From assembly GCA_945878555.1 (NCBI GenBank), contig CAMDWI010000003.1, forward strand, positions 148,287 to 212,286: 64,000 nt of DNA, given 5' to 3'. This stretch comes from Klebsiella pneumoniae. GTDB taxonomy: Bacteria > Pseudomonadota > Gammaproteobacteria > Eutrophobiales > Eutrophobiaceae. Positions 30,725-40,692 of the stretch are shown here, piece by piece. The translations under genes were made by a program, and so were the position numbers. Under the pieces are notes generated by a model, which worked only from the letters and a program-made list of their open reading frames with translations, was not told the origin of the DNA and made no database searches. The stretch's first letter is position 1; the number at the start of each line of letters is the position of its first letter.

Positions 30725-31693
30725 CTATAACCAGCCCGATTTCCTGAAGCGGTAATAAAGAAAACCACAAATAGACGCAACAGTTCCCATCGCCAGTAGA
30801 TAGCCGTACTTCCATGTCAGCTCAGGCATGTAGTCGAAGTTCATCCCCCAGATACCGAAAAAGGCAGTGGCAACGGCGAAGATGGCCGCCCAGGCCGCCA
30901 GTCGTTTGGTGACCAGACTTTCCTCAATGGCCACCAGCGATATATTCGCCTGCATTGCCATGCTGATGGTGTCTCTGATAGTGTCGATTGTCGTGTTGAT
31001 ACGATACAGATGATCGTATACGTCCCGGAAGTATTCCTGGGTGTTAATACAGATCTCCGGCACGCGACCTCCGTACAGTTTGCCTATCGATTCCAGCATC
31101 GGCTGCACCGCATGTTTCAGTACTATCACCTTTTGTTTCAGTTTGTAGAGTCGTTGTATATTCGTGAGTGCAGCCGAGGTGCCGAAGATTTGTTCCTCGA
31201 TCTGCTCAAGTTCGGACTCAAGCACATCCAGCACCGGGAAGTAGCGATCCACCACCGCATCCATCAACGCGTAGTAGACGAAGCTTGGCCCCTGCTCCAG
31301 TAATCGGGGTTCGCGTTCACAACGTTCGCGTACACTCCGGAATCCCTGCCGGGTACGATTGCGGACCGAAAGCACATAATTTTCACCCACGAAAATGTTC
31401 AGTTCACCGAGACTGACCTCTTCACCGTTCAGCTCAATGATGTGCAACACCGAGAACAGCGAGTCAGCATATTCCTCAATCTTGGGACGCTGGTGACCAT
31501 GACGTGCATCTTCGACGGCGAGTTCATGCAACTCAAACTCATGTTGCATCTCGGTCAGCTCGTCCGGTGTCGCATCCTGCAGTGCTACCCATACAAAACA
31601 ACCCGGGCGTTTCAGGTAATCGCTGATAGCCTCAACTGCAATAGTGCTCAGTCTTTTGCCATGTTCATAGGCCACACAGTTAATCAGCATCAA
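30725..31693 (-). CDS. corA: Magnesium/cobalt transporter CorA
   Basis: HQRPKIE, YFRDVYDH, WGMNF...MPEL signature. Confidence 0.93.
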   Translation of the reverse strand: MMLINCVAYEHGKRLSTIAVEAISDYLKRPGCFVWVALQDATPDELTEMQHEFELHELAVEDARHGHQRPKIEEYADSLFSVLHIIELNGEEVSLGELNIFVGENYVLSVRNRTRQGFRSVRERCEREPRLLEQGPSFVYYALMDAVVDRYFPVLDVLESELEQIEEQIFGTSAALTNIQRLYKLKQKVIVLKHAVQPMLESIGKLYGGRVPEICINTQEYFRDVYDHLYRINTTIDTIRDTISMAMQANISLVAIEESLVTKRLAAWAAIFAVATAFFGIWGMNFDYMPELTWKYGYLLAMGTVASICGFLYYRFRKSGWL

Positions 31694-31735
31694 TATTCCT
31701 CAACAGGTAGTTCCGGTCTGATTGCATAGACATAT

Positions 31736-33949
31736 CTAGAACCGGAAGGTGTAGCCCAGTTTGATGGTCACATCATTCAGTTCTGACCGGAAGGCATTGT
31801 CCCGATCCCGATCCTCCAGACTGTGGTTAAGCACGATCAATGCCTCCTGGCCTGCTGTGGGAATCCATACCAGACGTGCATTGATACCAACCACTTCGGA
31901 GACGTTGTCGTACTGTAACAGGTTGACCCAGTACAGTGTCGGGGTGAAGTTGACCTCGGTCGTCAGCGTGGCCAGATGAGTAACAAAATCCCCCTGTGGC
32001 AGGCTGATGTCATTGCGTTCATAGGCAACTGACAATTCCAGGAAACGTGATTGCCTCCACACCAGTTCTGCTCCCAGATTCACCCGATCGCCATCATAGA
32101 AGTCACCATGACCCAACGTGAGTATGCCCGCGAGGTCACGCTGCGTTGCCGTGGTAATGCTCAGGATCTTTTCGCCGAAACTGTAATTCCCGACCGGGAT
32201 AATGATCTCGCCGTCATTGTCTTCATAAATGGTAAAAGGTTCAGTTACATTTTCCCGGGTTGCACTGTAGTGCACACTGAGTTGGTCGCGGGAGTTGGTT
32301 TCGAGCTCAGCCAGTCGTGCAAGCAGGATCTGTGATTGTAATCCGCCACCCAGTGTATCGATCCGCTCTGCATCAACACCTGAAAATACGGACTGTAAAA
32401 AGCCACCCTTCAGAAAATGGGTGTAACCCACATCGGCGGTATTTGATCGGATATCCGCGCGGTTGACATAACCCAGGGCAGGTCTGAAATTCGCCTGTAT
32501 CTGCTTGTAGCCTATACCGCCACGCCACCCGGTATTGTTTGGCATGCTGATGCCCATGCCAAAAGCGGCATCATCCCCGTTGATACCCTCGGTGTCGGAT
32601 TGCTGATACCAGCCGTCTGCCTCCAGCACACGACCGCCCGGAAATCGGGTATTCAGATAGCGGAAGTCCGCACCGGCAACCGCATTTGACAGGTTGGAGT
32701 TCGGATCGCCGGAGGTCATGATCATGCCCACGGTTGACTCGTCGAGCACATTTGCAGACAACCGCCCGACCATCACATTACTTTTATCTACCGTTTCAAA
32801 CGCGTCCTGACGCATGGCCAACAGTCCGATATTCCAGCGCCCGGCCCGCCCGCTCAGCTTGGCTCCGGCCTCAAGATCGACCGGTTTACCGCTACGACTC
32901 AATCCGAGTCGCCGGGAAAAAAACGGCCGCCCATTGTTTTCGCTAGACCCGGATGTGGCGGTATTACCAACCGTACCTATCCTGCCGAACTCAAACAGGT
33001 CGGAATCATTCAGAAAGAAGTCACGTTTCTCGGGAAAGAACAGCCCGAAGCGTGACAGATTGACCTGACGGTCATCCACCTCGGTCGCAGAAAAATCCGT
33101 ATTCAACGTCAGCGAGGCGTTCAGCGAGGGTGTAACCCGGTAGAACACATCCAGTGACGGGTCCACATTAATGTCGGTGTCATCGGGGTTATACGTCTTC
33201 TGGTGGTTCAGCGAGACCGAGCTGACAATATCAAGACCCAGACCCTGGTCCATACCGGTCAGGCCGGTGGCGGTGCCAAGGATGCTGGCATTATAGCTGC
33301 GGTTGCGGGAAACCCAGGCGATCTCCTCTCCACGACGGCGTATGCCCCGTCCAAAATTGAAACCCCAGCTGTCCTTGGACGGGTCGAACGACAGTGATTT
33401 GAACGGTATCGCCATCTCCATCGACCAGCCCTTGTCGAACGTATAGGCGGCCGACTCGTAAATGGCTGTCCAGGCGGCCTCAAACGAGCTCACGCTGTCA
33501 TACAGGGCATCGTGGCGTACGCCATTGGCATTGGTTTCGAACCGGTACGCGCCGCGTCCGGAATGGAACGGATCCAGAATCACGACGATACGGTCATCCC
33601 GTCCCAGCCCCTGGTTATGACGCATGGTCGGGGCCGCAATCCGCTCAGGTTCACTGTCATACATGCGTGCACCGATATACAGGGTATTATCGTCATACAG
33701 CAGGTACACCTCCGTCGGATCAGACGGTTCTGTTCCGTTACCTGGCCGGGTCTGGTGAAAATCGGTAATCACCTCTGCCTGTTCCCATAACGCCTCGTCA
33801 AGCTTGCCGTCAATTACCGGAATCGAATCGACCCTGATCACACGTACCGTCTTGCTGGTCTCTTCAGCTGGAGGTTGCTGCGCCTGTACCACTCCAGTGG
33901 CAAACACAAAGGTCAGGCAAAGCGATACACAAATCAACTGCAGGCGCAT
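31736..33949 (-). CDS. Outer-membrane protein with N-terminal CBM9-like domain (DUF5916 family)
   Basis: Signal peptide, PVIDGKLDE...W, WSMEMAIPF, NTDFSATEVD...FFPEKRDFF, C-terminal YTFRF barrel signal. Confidence 0.8.
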   Translation of the reverse strand: MRLQLICVSLCLTFVFATGVVQAQQPPAEETSKTVRVIRVDSIPVIDGKLDEALWEQAEVITDFHQTRPGNGTEPSDPTEVYLLYDDNTLYIGARMYDSEPERIAAPTMRHNQGLGRDDRIVVILDPFHSGRGAYRFETNANGVRHDALYDSVSSFEAAWTAIYESAAYTFDKGWSMEMAIPFKSLSFDPSKDSWGFNFGRGIRRRGEEIAWVSRNRSYNASILGTATGLTGMDQGLGLDIVSSVSLNHQKTYNPDDTDINVDPSLDVFYRVTPSLNASLTLNTDFSATEVDDRQVNLSRFGLFFPEKRDFFLNDSDLFEFGRIGTVGNTATSGSSENNGRPFFSRRLGLSRSGKPVDLEAGAKLSGRAGRWNIGLLAMRQDAFETVDKSNVMVGRLSANVLDESTVGMIMTSGDPNSNLSNAVAGADFRYLNTRFPGGRVLEADGWYQQSDTEGINGDDAAFGMGISMPNNTGWRGGIGYKQIQANFRPALGYVNRADIRSNTADVGYTHFLKGGFLQSVFSGVDAERIDTLGGGLQSQILLARLAELETNSRDQLSVHYSATRENVTEPFTIYEDNDGEIIIPVGNYSFGEKILSITTATQRDLAGILTLGHGDFYDGDRVNLGAELVWRQSRFLELSVAYERNDISLPQGDFVTHLATLTTEVNFTPTLYWVNLLQYDNVSEVVGINARLVWIPTAGQEALIVLNHSLEDRDRDNAFRSELNDVTIKLGYTFRF

Positions 33950-34212
33950 GAATACGGGTTCCAGAATTATGGGAAACGAGCTTTATTATTACACTAACCA
34001 CAACAGACTGTCGCCGGGACGTACAGAAATTAGTAAAGATCGGTCTCGTCCGGTAAAATGAAGTTGTCATGTGCAACCTGGCCGGTTATACCAACCCGCA
34101 GGCGGCGCCCTGAAAAACAAGAATAAATAAACAACGAACCCGGTCATGCCCATGTCTGTCCTTATCTACGATCACAACTCGCGCCAGCGCCTTTTTCCCG
34201 TGTGCTTTCATC

Positions 34213-35079
34213 ATGGGTAATATAATTGCCACGATAGGCCGTTATCAGCTCGACGCCAGACTGGGCGAAGGCGCCTCCGGCGTGGTGTATCGTGCCTACG
34301 ACCCGGTGATGGACCGTGTCGTGGCCATAAAATCGGCACGTACCGACACGCTGTCACCTGAGCAAATCCGGGAAGTCATCGCCGAATATCACCATGAGGC
34401 GAAGGTGGCAGGTAAATATGCCCATGAAAATATTGTCACGATTTACGATGTGATCACGCATGAAGGACTGGACCATATTGTCATGGAATATGTGCCAGGC
34501 AGGTCAGTGCATGACTATATGAAGGCAACCGGACCGCTGGATCTGGATGAGGCGCTGTCGATTACCTACAAATGTTGTGTCGCACTTGCCTATATCCATC
34601 ATCACGGGGTCATCCATCGCGACATCAAGCCGGGCAATATCATGTACCACCCGGCGCAAGGTCTGGTCAAACTGATGGACTTTAGCGTCGCCCACAATAT
34701 CGAGGACCCGCCGTTACGTGATACCGGTACGATAGCGTATATGGCACCGGAGCATTTCGACCCGAAGCGCAGGATATCATTGCTGACCGACATCTTTGCA
34801 CTGGGTGCCACGCTGTATCGTATCCTGACCGGCAAATATCCGTTTACGAACAAGAATACGGCCTGGCAGATCCTGCATGACGCACCGGTGCCGATTACTG
34901 ATCTGCGTCCCGGAATTCCACCGGAGGTAGTTGTTATTATCGACAAGGCGATGGCAAAGTCTGATGCAGATCGTTACCAGTCCGCCGCGGAATTTGCCTC
35001 GGCGATTAAACAGGTCATTCTGAAACTGTATCCGGATTCAAACCTGCTCACTTCGTCGGTGAACTATCTCACACCGTAG
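34213..35079 (+). CDS. Hanks-type Ser/Thr protein kinase (cytoplasmic, kinase domain only)
   Basis: GEGASG, VAIK, HRDIKPGN, DFS in place of DFG, GTIAYMAPE, DIFALG. Confidence 0.92.
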   Translation: MGNIIATIGRYQLDARLGEGASGVVYRAYDPVMDRVVAIKSARTDTLSPEQIREVIAEYHHEAKVAGKYAHENIVTIYDVITHEGLDHIVMEYVPGRSVHDYMKATGPLDLDEALSITYKCCVALAYIHHHGVIHRDIKPGNIMYHPAQGLVKLMDFSVAHNIEDPPLRDTGTIAYMAPEHFDPKRRISLLTDIFALGATLYRILTGKYPFTNKNTAWQILHDAPVPITDLRPGIPPEVVVIIDKAMAKSDADRYQSAAEFASAIKQVILKLYPDSNLLTSSVNYLTP

Positions 35080-35090
35080 GACACCCGGGA

Positions 35091-37223
35091 TCAGAAATTC
35101 CCGCTAACGGAAAGTACCAGTCGTCGACCGAGCTGGCGATAGTTCAACAAGCGAAAGTCAGTCGGTGACAGATCACGTAAACCGGTAAAAACAGTGCGGT
35201 CACGTTCCTGCTTGTCGTCTGTTATGTTGATCGCATCGAACCGAATCTTGAGATCAAACCACCGCGTAGTCTCAATAAAGGCATCAATGGCTATATCTTC
35301 CTGGTATATGTCCAGTTCGTTCACCCGATACAACGGCCGTTTGTCGCGTTCCGCGACGGTCCAGCCCCAGGCCACACGGGCCGCTTCCAGATCCTGCCGG
35401 TAATCAACGCCCACAAAATAGCGATTGTTTCTGTTGCGATTTGTCAGTGTCCGGTAGGCAGTCTGGCCGCTCTCGCCCGAGAGTATCCTGTCAATACCGG
35501 TGACAGGGTCTTCCACCCGGGAGTCCTGCCAGCGCAGCCGCAGGTTCAGTTTTGCGCCTTGCAGTCCGGTCCACTCCAGCGGTGCGGTACCTTCAAATTC
35601 CATGCCCCAGCGTCTGCCGTCACCGATATTACCAGGCGCTTCAAAGTTTTCAGATAAAGGTAACAAATCCAGTACGCCACTGATCCAGTTATAAAAAGAC
35701 GTGATCTTGATAACACTGATAGCATCAAAGCGGCGTTCATATCCGAGCTCTGCCGCCCATGTCGTTTCCGGACGCAGGTCCGGATTGCCAAGCGCGAGGT
35801 CATCATCCTCAAACACCGTTGCGCTGACAAAGTCAGTCAGTGTCAGTTGTGAGACCTCACGTGACAGGCGCATTCGCATCTGCTCGTCCTGATCAGAGGA
35901 GTAGGTCAGTGAGGCATGGGGTTTCAGGAACTGAAAGTCACGCTTGTTTGCTGCATCACCTGACTGGGTAACCTCTGATACTTCCAGGCCCATTCCATAG
36001 GCGAGTTCGAACCGGCCCAACGTCCAGGTGTCATCGAGCAGAAAATCGCCGCGCAATTCCTTGACCCGCGAATTGGCGCCCGGCACCACGACTGTTATCG
36101 GACCAACACCCCGGTCATCCGTCTGCAGCAGGCTACGATCAAGCACATTGTAGGCCCCTTCAAGATTGAACTGGATAACATGATTGTTCGCGCCGCTATA
36201 ATCAAATTCCAGCCGGGCAATACGTTCGCGAGCCTCTGTATCGGTATCGGCCAGTCTGAGCAGCGTCTGTCCGAGCAGTGATGTGGTGTTTGTTCTGGTT
36301 GAGGACTCATCCTGGTTATTGTTCATAAGCAAAAAGATCACTTTCCCGACCAGGCCCGGAGTCAATTTGCGTTCAGCATCCACGCCCAGTTCAAACCGGT
36401 CACTCAGCCGGTCGGTTCTGATCAAGACATCTTCTCTTGTACCTGTAAGCAGGTCGGTCCTGAATGATGGGCGCAGGTACAATGAATCGATCATACTGAA
36501 TTTGGTGTTCAGATGGGTGGAGGTCGCACCGATCATGCTGGCAGCATTCAGTGTTATTCCATTTATTTGATATCCCGATTCAGTACTGCTCTCGCCTCCC
36601 CGCGTCGTTTGTGTCCCCGCCCCGTTGAATTGTTCTTCGGTGCCAAAGTATCCACTGGTATTGCGTTCCATGTCGATACCGGTGTTATAGTCTATGCCGT
36701 TCCAGTTATTGGAAATGGAGATACTACCGGCCGGCTTGATAGACGCACGGTTATTATGTTCGATGTAGGACTTCCAGCTGATTGCGGCCTCCTCTTCCTG
36801 GCGCAGATAGATATTGGCGACCACGGACTGTCCTTGCAGGTCTATACCGCCGTCCTGTCCACGCACCAGTTGTATCCGTTCTACCTGACTGGCAGGGATG
36901 CGTGCCAGTGTGGCCGAGGGCAGATCCTGTTTCGCACTGAGGCGTCGATCGTTGATCAGGATATTACCAACGGCCGCCGCAAAACCGCGGTTGTCTGTGC
37001 CGTCATCCAGCTGAAACCCCGGTAATTGCATCACCATATCAAGCGCAGTGTTCGGTCGATAACGATCAAAAAATGACGCCGGATACTCGACGACCTGTGC
37101 AGAAGCAGTGTCTATGGTACCGGTCGGTTGGGCATACAGGCGGCCGGACAGCGCCATGAAACACAGACTACTGATGACCACTGATTTAAAAACGCACAAC
37201 ATTTGATCCATGTTTCGCTCCAT
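35091..37223 (-). CDS. TonB-dependent receptor family outer-membrane protein
   Basis: Signal peptide, plug-like TALDMV..LPGF / ILIND / IPASQVERIQL, GNPDLRPE, terminal Phe. Confidence 0.82.
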   Translation of the reverse strand: MERNMDQMLCVFKSVVISSLCFMALSGRLYAQPTGTIDTASAQVVEYPASFFDRYRPNTALDMVMQLPGFQLDDGTDNRGFAAAVGNILINDRRLSAKQDLPSATLARIPASQVERIQLVRGQDGGIDLQGQSVVANIYLRQEEEAAISWKSYIEHNNRASIKPAGSISISNNWNGIDYNTGIDMERNTSGYFGTEEQFNGAGTQTTRGGESSTESGYQINGITLNAASMIGATSTHLNTKFSMIDSLYLRPSFRTDLLTGTREDVLIRTDRLSDRFELGVDAERKLTPGLVGKVIFLLMNNNQDESSTRTNTTSLLGQTLLRLADTDTEARERIARLEFDYSGANNHVIQFNLEGAYNVLDRSLLQTDDRGVGPITVVVPGANSRVKELRGDFLLDDTWTLGRFELAYGMGLEVSEVTQSGDAANKRDFQFLKPHASLTYSSDQDEQMRMRLSREVSQLTLTDFVSATVFEDDDLALGNPDLRPETTWAAELGYERRFDAISVIKITSFYNWISGVLDLLPLSENFEAPGNIGDGRRWGMEFEGTAPLEWTGLQGAKLNLRLRWQDSRVEDPVTGIDRILSGESGQTAYRTLTNRNRNNRYFVGVDYRQDLEAARVAWGWTVAERDKRPLYRVNELDIYQEDIAIDAFIETTRWFDLKIRFDAINITDDKQERDRTVFTGLRDLSPTDFRLLNYRQLGRRLVLSVSGNF

Positions 37224-37252
37224 ATATGGTGAGGCTGGTGATAAGCCCGTAT

Positions 37253-38596
37253 TCAGCCGACCGTAATCGCTTCAAGTTTGCGTCGACCCAGCCGTTCTGC
37301 GCCAGTTGTGGTTATGACCACACCATCGCCTATCTGTGTACTCGGCGTGTCGAGGCCAGGGATAGGTACGCGTGGCTTGATAGTGAAGACCATGCCAGGT
37401 TCGATTACCAGATCACTGTTCTCATCATGTCTGCCCCAGCCCATCCTTGGGCCGTCGCCCAGTGCGCCACCGGTATGAAATACTACCCCGGTGTAAGGCT
37501 TGCCGCCGAACTGGGCCATGCGTTTGTCGACTTCCTGTTTGTAAAAGATGCTGTAGTCAGCAAATGTCCTGCCCGGTTTGGCCCAGTCGAGCAGTGCCTC
37601 GAACAACTCAATATTGTAATTGAACGTGGATTCCCAGTTTGCAGGTGCAGGTCTGCCGACACAGATGGTCTGGTTGACCTGGCAATTATAACCCAGCACG
37701 GATGCTGACAGCGTTTCACTCAGGATTTGCCCTGCTTGTATCACTTCATTTAACGGTTTGCCATCCGCCGTATTGCCCTCTGCCCCGGCCCGGATGGTGA
37801 TACGTCCGGGAGATTCGCCGGAGGCGTCAAGATAGGCCTGTGCGATTCGGAACCACACATCACGCTGGAGCACCCCGGGTGCGGCAGACTCGACCGAGGC
37901 CTTGATGCCGAGCTCACCTATGCGTGTCGACAGTCGCAGTGCCTCGATTTCTTCCGGCCCGCGTGCCAGCTTGACCCGCATCAACAGGTCCGCCGCCGAG
38001 GCAAACGTCGCCTTTGGCAGTGCAGTCTTCAATCGATCAATCGTGGTGTAGCTGACACCACCCTCATCATAACGCAACGTCCCTGCCAGATGGCCAACTC
38101 CAATGCGGCCTTCAGCAAGCCCGGCCTGTCTCAGGCTGTCAATTATCAGCGCGGAACGGTTTAACAGACTGGTGCGGATTTCCATTTCACCTAGCATGAA
38201 TTGTTCAAAGACCTTGTCCTGATCTCCTTCGCGGAAGATCGCCGTTGGTTTACCTTCCAGCGGGAAAACGACCCAGTCCGGGATACCCTCGGTCAGCCAT
38301 TTTATATCACCGTTACCCTCCGGCATTGTTGGTACGATCAGCGCATCAAATCCGGCGCGTTGCATCCATTCACGGCATTTTTTCCAGCGCCGCTGGATTT
38401 CAGCCATTGAAAATGATTTGGGCATCGCGCTCGCGATCAGCTCCTCCGAGCCCGGGATCTCCAGGATGTTGCGCGGGGTGGTCTGCTGAGCATGGACAGT
38501 GCTTGCGCCGACCTGCAACAACAGACCGGTTGATGCGACAGTCGATTTCAACAAGGCACGCCGGCTGACACCCGCAGTGTATTTTGTGTGTGACAT
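37253..38596 (-). CDS. Tat-exported M24/creatinase-fold protein with non-canonical active site
   Basis: SRRALLK Tat signal, creatinase-like N-domain, EEIEALR, EPGMVFTIKP, GDGVVIT; ATG 38596 follows a G7 RBS. Confidence 0.75.
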   Translation of the reverse strand: MSHTKYTAGVSRRALLKSTVASTGLLLQVGASTVHAQQTTPRNILEIPGSEELIASAMPKSFSMAEIQRRWKKCREWMQRAGFDALIVPTMPEGNGDIKWLTEGIPDWVVFPLEGKPTAIFREGDQDKVFEQFMLGEMEIRTSLLNRSALIIDSLRQAGLAEGRIGVGHLAGTLRYDEGGVSYTTIDRLKTALPKATFASAADLLMRVKLARGPEEIEALRLSTRIGELGIKASVESAAPGVLQRDVWFRIAQAYLDASGESPGRITIRAGAEGNTADGKPLNEVIQAGQILSETLSASVLGYNCQVNQTICVGRPAPANWESTFNYNIELFEALLDWAKPGRTFADYSIFYKQEVDKRMAQFGGKPYTGVVFHTGGALGDGPRMGWGRHDENSDLVIEPGMVFTIKPRVPIPGLDTPSTQIGDGVVITTTGAERLGRRKLEAITVG

Positions 38597-38597
38597 A

Positions 38598-38789
38598 GAT
38601 CCCCCCCGGGACATTAGTCCAGTTTTAAACAGGATGTGATAAGTACAGGTAAAATTCCAGATCAGAGAATACGCCATGTAGTGTTTGCTCTACCAGAAGT
38701 TTTCAGATTGAATACTAACAGGGTAGAATGGCTACCAATACGGATCAGCCCGAAATCCGTCCAGATCAATACCTGACCCGGGGGGGATC
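38598..38789. repeat. 13-bp perfect inverted repeat flanking a divergent intergenic region
   Basis: GATCCCCCCCGGG (38598-38610) and CCCGGGGGGGATC (38777-38789); each overlaps the RBS of one gene. Confidence 0.85.
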
Positions 38790-38792
38790 AAG

Positions 38793-40631
38793 ATGAAAAA
38801 ATCCACATACCTGTCTGCAATCTGCGCTCTTGCTTTTGTCTTGATGTCCGGTTCCCTGTATGCCCAGCAGGACGGTGCGTCTTTGTTCGAGAATTATTGT
38901 GCCATCTGTCATGCGGCCAGCGGGGATCAACAGGCGCTCGGCCCCGAGCTTGAAGCATTACGACAGATGACACCAGAACACATACTTGATGTGATGGAAA
39001 ACGGTGCAATGAAGGCGCAGGCCGCCGAACGCAGTCGGCTACAGCGACAGCTGCTCGCCGAGTACCTGTCAGGCAAAGAATTCGGTACGGTCCTGTCCGA
39101 ACCGATCCCGCGTGCTGCTTACTGTAGCGGTAACACAACCACGTTCAGTCACGCCCCGACCGGACCGGCCTGGAATGGCTGGGGGCCCGCCACCACAAAT
39201 GCACGCTATCAAAGTGCGGACGCCGCCGGACTCGCGCCAGATCAAGTTCCGCATCTGAAACTGAAATGGGCCTTCGGTTTTCCCGGCGCCACCTCTGGCG
39301 GAACACAGCCGGTCGTCGTCGGTGGCCGATTATATGTGGCAACGGCGATGGGGGATGTCTACGCGCTGGAGGCAGACACCGGTTGTGTACACTGGTTGTT
39401 CCAGGCGGACGCCGGGGTGCGCAGTGCCATCACACTCGGCAAGGCTGAAGGTAATGACAGGTTACTCGCATTTTTTGGCGATCAGGCCGCCAATATGTAC
39501 GCACTGGACGCCGAGACAGGCAAACAGGTCTGGAAACAGAAAGTGGATACACACTCGCGCGCGATCATTACCGGGGCACCCACCTTGCACAAGGGGCGTC
39601 TGTATGTGCCGGTCTCGTCACGAGAAGAGTCACAGGTCGCCAACCCGAAATATGTGTGCTGCCAGTTCCGCGGCAGTATGGTTGCGCTGGCCGCTGCCGA
39701 TGGCAAGTTGCTGTGGAAAACCTGGACGATCGATGAAGAGGCCAAACCAATAGGCAAGAACAGCATCGGCACGCAGTTGTGGGGGCCCTCCGGTGTCCCG
39801 ATATGGAACGCGCCGACCATCGATGAAAAACGCAATGTCTTCTATATCGGTACGGGAAACAACTATTCGATACCGGCGACCGCCGCCTCGGACGCCATCA
39901 TGGCATTTGATCTGGATACAGGTGAAATCAAATGGACAAAACAGGTGGCAGAGAATGATGTCTGGAACTCCAGCTGCCGTGCCGAAGGTGATCACCCGTA
40001 TACCTGCCCGGACCGTGACGCACCAGATACCGACTTCGGCAATTCGCCTGCACTGGTGACAGTCAACGGCCGCGACCTGCTGGTGGCCGGCAACAAGCTG
40101 GGTCTGGTCTATGCGTTCGATCCGGATGACAAGGGCAATATCCTGTGGCAAACCTCCACCGGCAAGGGCATGGCCAGTGGTGGCATCATGTGGGGTACAG
40201 CAACCGATGGAAAAAATGTGTATGCAGGCAACAACTATTTTAATACGAAGGAGCCAGAAGAAACCGGCGGTGTTACCGCAATTGATCTCGTAACCGGCAA
40301 CAAGGTCTGGTCTGTGCCTGCATTGTCATGCACAGACCGCAAACGCTGCAAGCCGTCCCACGGCGCTGCTGTGACCGTCATCCCCGGTGTGGTGTTTACA
40401 GGGACAATGGACGGACGCCTGCGGGCGCTGTCAACTGTCGATGGCAAGACCCTCTGGGAGGTCGATACTGCACGCGACTATGAAACTATCAATGGCGTAA
40501 AGGCGAACGGCGGGTCGATGAGTAATGCCGGGGCAACGGTGGTGGGCGGGGTAGTGTATGTGAATTCCGGCTATTCACACCATGGTGCGATTATTCCCGG
40601 GAATGCACTACTCGCATTTACAGTGGAATAG
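38793..40631 (+). CDS. PQQ-dependent dehydrogenase with N-terminal cytochrome c (polyvinyl-alcohol dehydrogenase-like)
   Basis: Signal peptide, CAICH, LKLKWAFG, vicinal CC (YVCCQFRGS), repeated ALD..TG...W propeller motifs, YVNSGY. Confidence 0.88.
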   Translation: MKKSTYLSAICALAFVLMSGSLYAQQDGASLFENYCAICHAASGDQQALGPELEALRQMTPEHILDVMENGAMKAQAAERSRLQRQLLAEYLSGKEFGTVLSEPIPRAAYCSGNTTTFSHAPTGPAWNGWGPATTNARYQSADAAGLAPDQVPHLKLKWAFGFPGATSGGTQPVVVGGRLYVATAMGDVYALEADTGCVHWLFQADAGVRSAITLGKAEGNDRLLAFFGDQAANMYALDAETGKQVWKQKVDTHSRAIITGAPTLHKGRLYVPVSSREESQVANPKYVCCQFRGSMVALAAADGKLLWKTWTIDEEAKPIGKNSIGTQLWGPSGVPIWNAPTIDEKRNVFYIGTGNNYSIPATAASDAIMAFDLDTGEIKWTKQVAENDVWNSSCRAEGDHPYTCPDRDAPDTDFGNSPALVTVNGRDLLVAGNKLGLVYAFDPDDKGNILWQTSTGKGMASGGIMWGTATDGKNVYAGNNYFNTKEPEETGGVTAIDLVTGNKVWSVPALSCTDRKRCKPSHGAAVTVIPGVVFTGTMDGRLRALSTVDGKTLWEVDTARDYETINGVKANGGSMSNAGATVVGGVVYVNSGYSHHGAIIPGNALLAFTVE

Positions 40632-40692
40632 CTAGATAGCTGCTGTAACATCAGCCATCTGGCTGATACCAGATTGCAGACTGGAACAGCTA

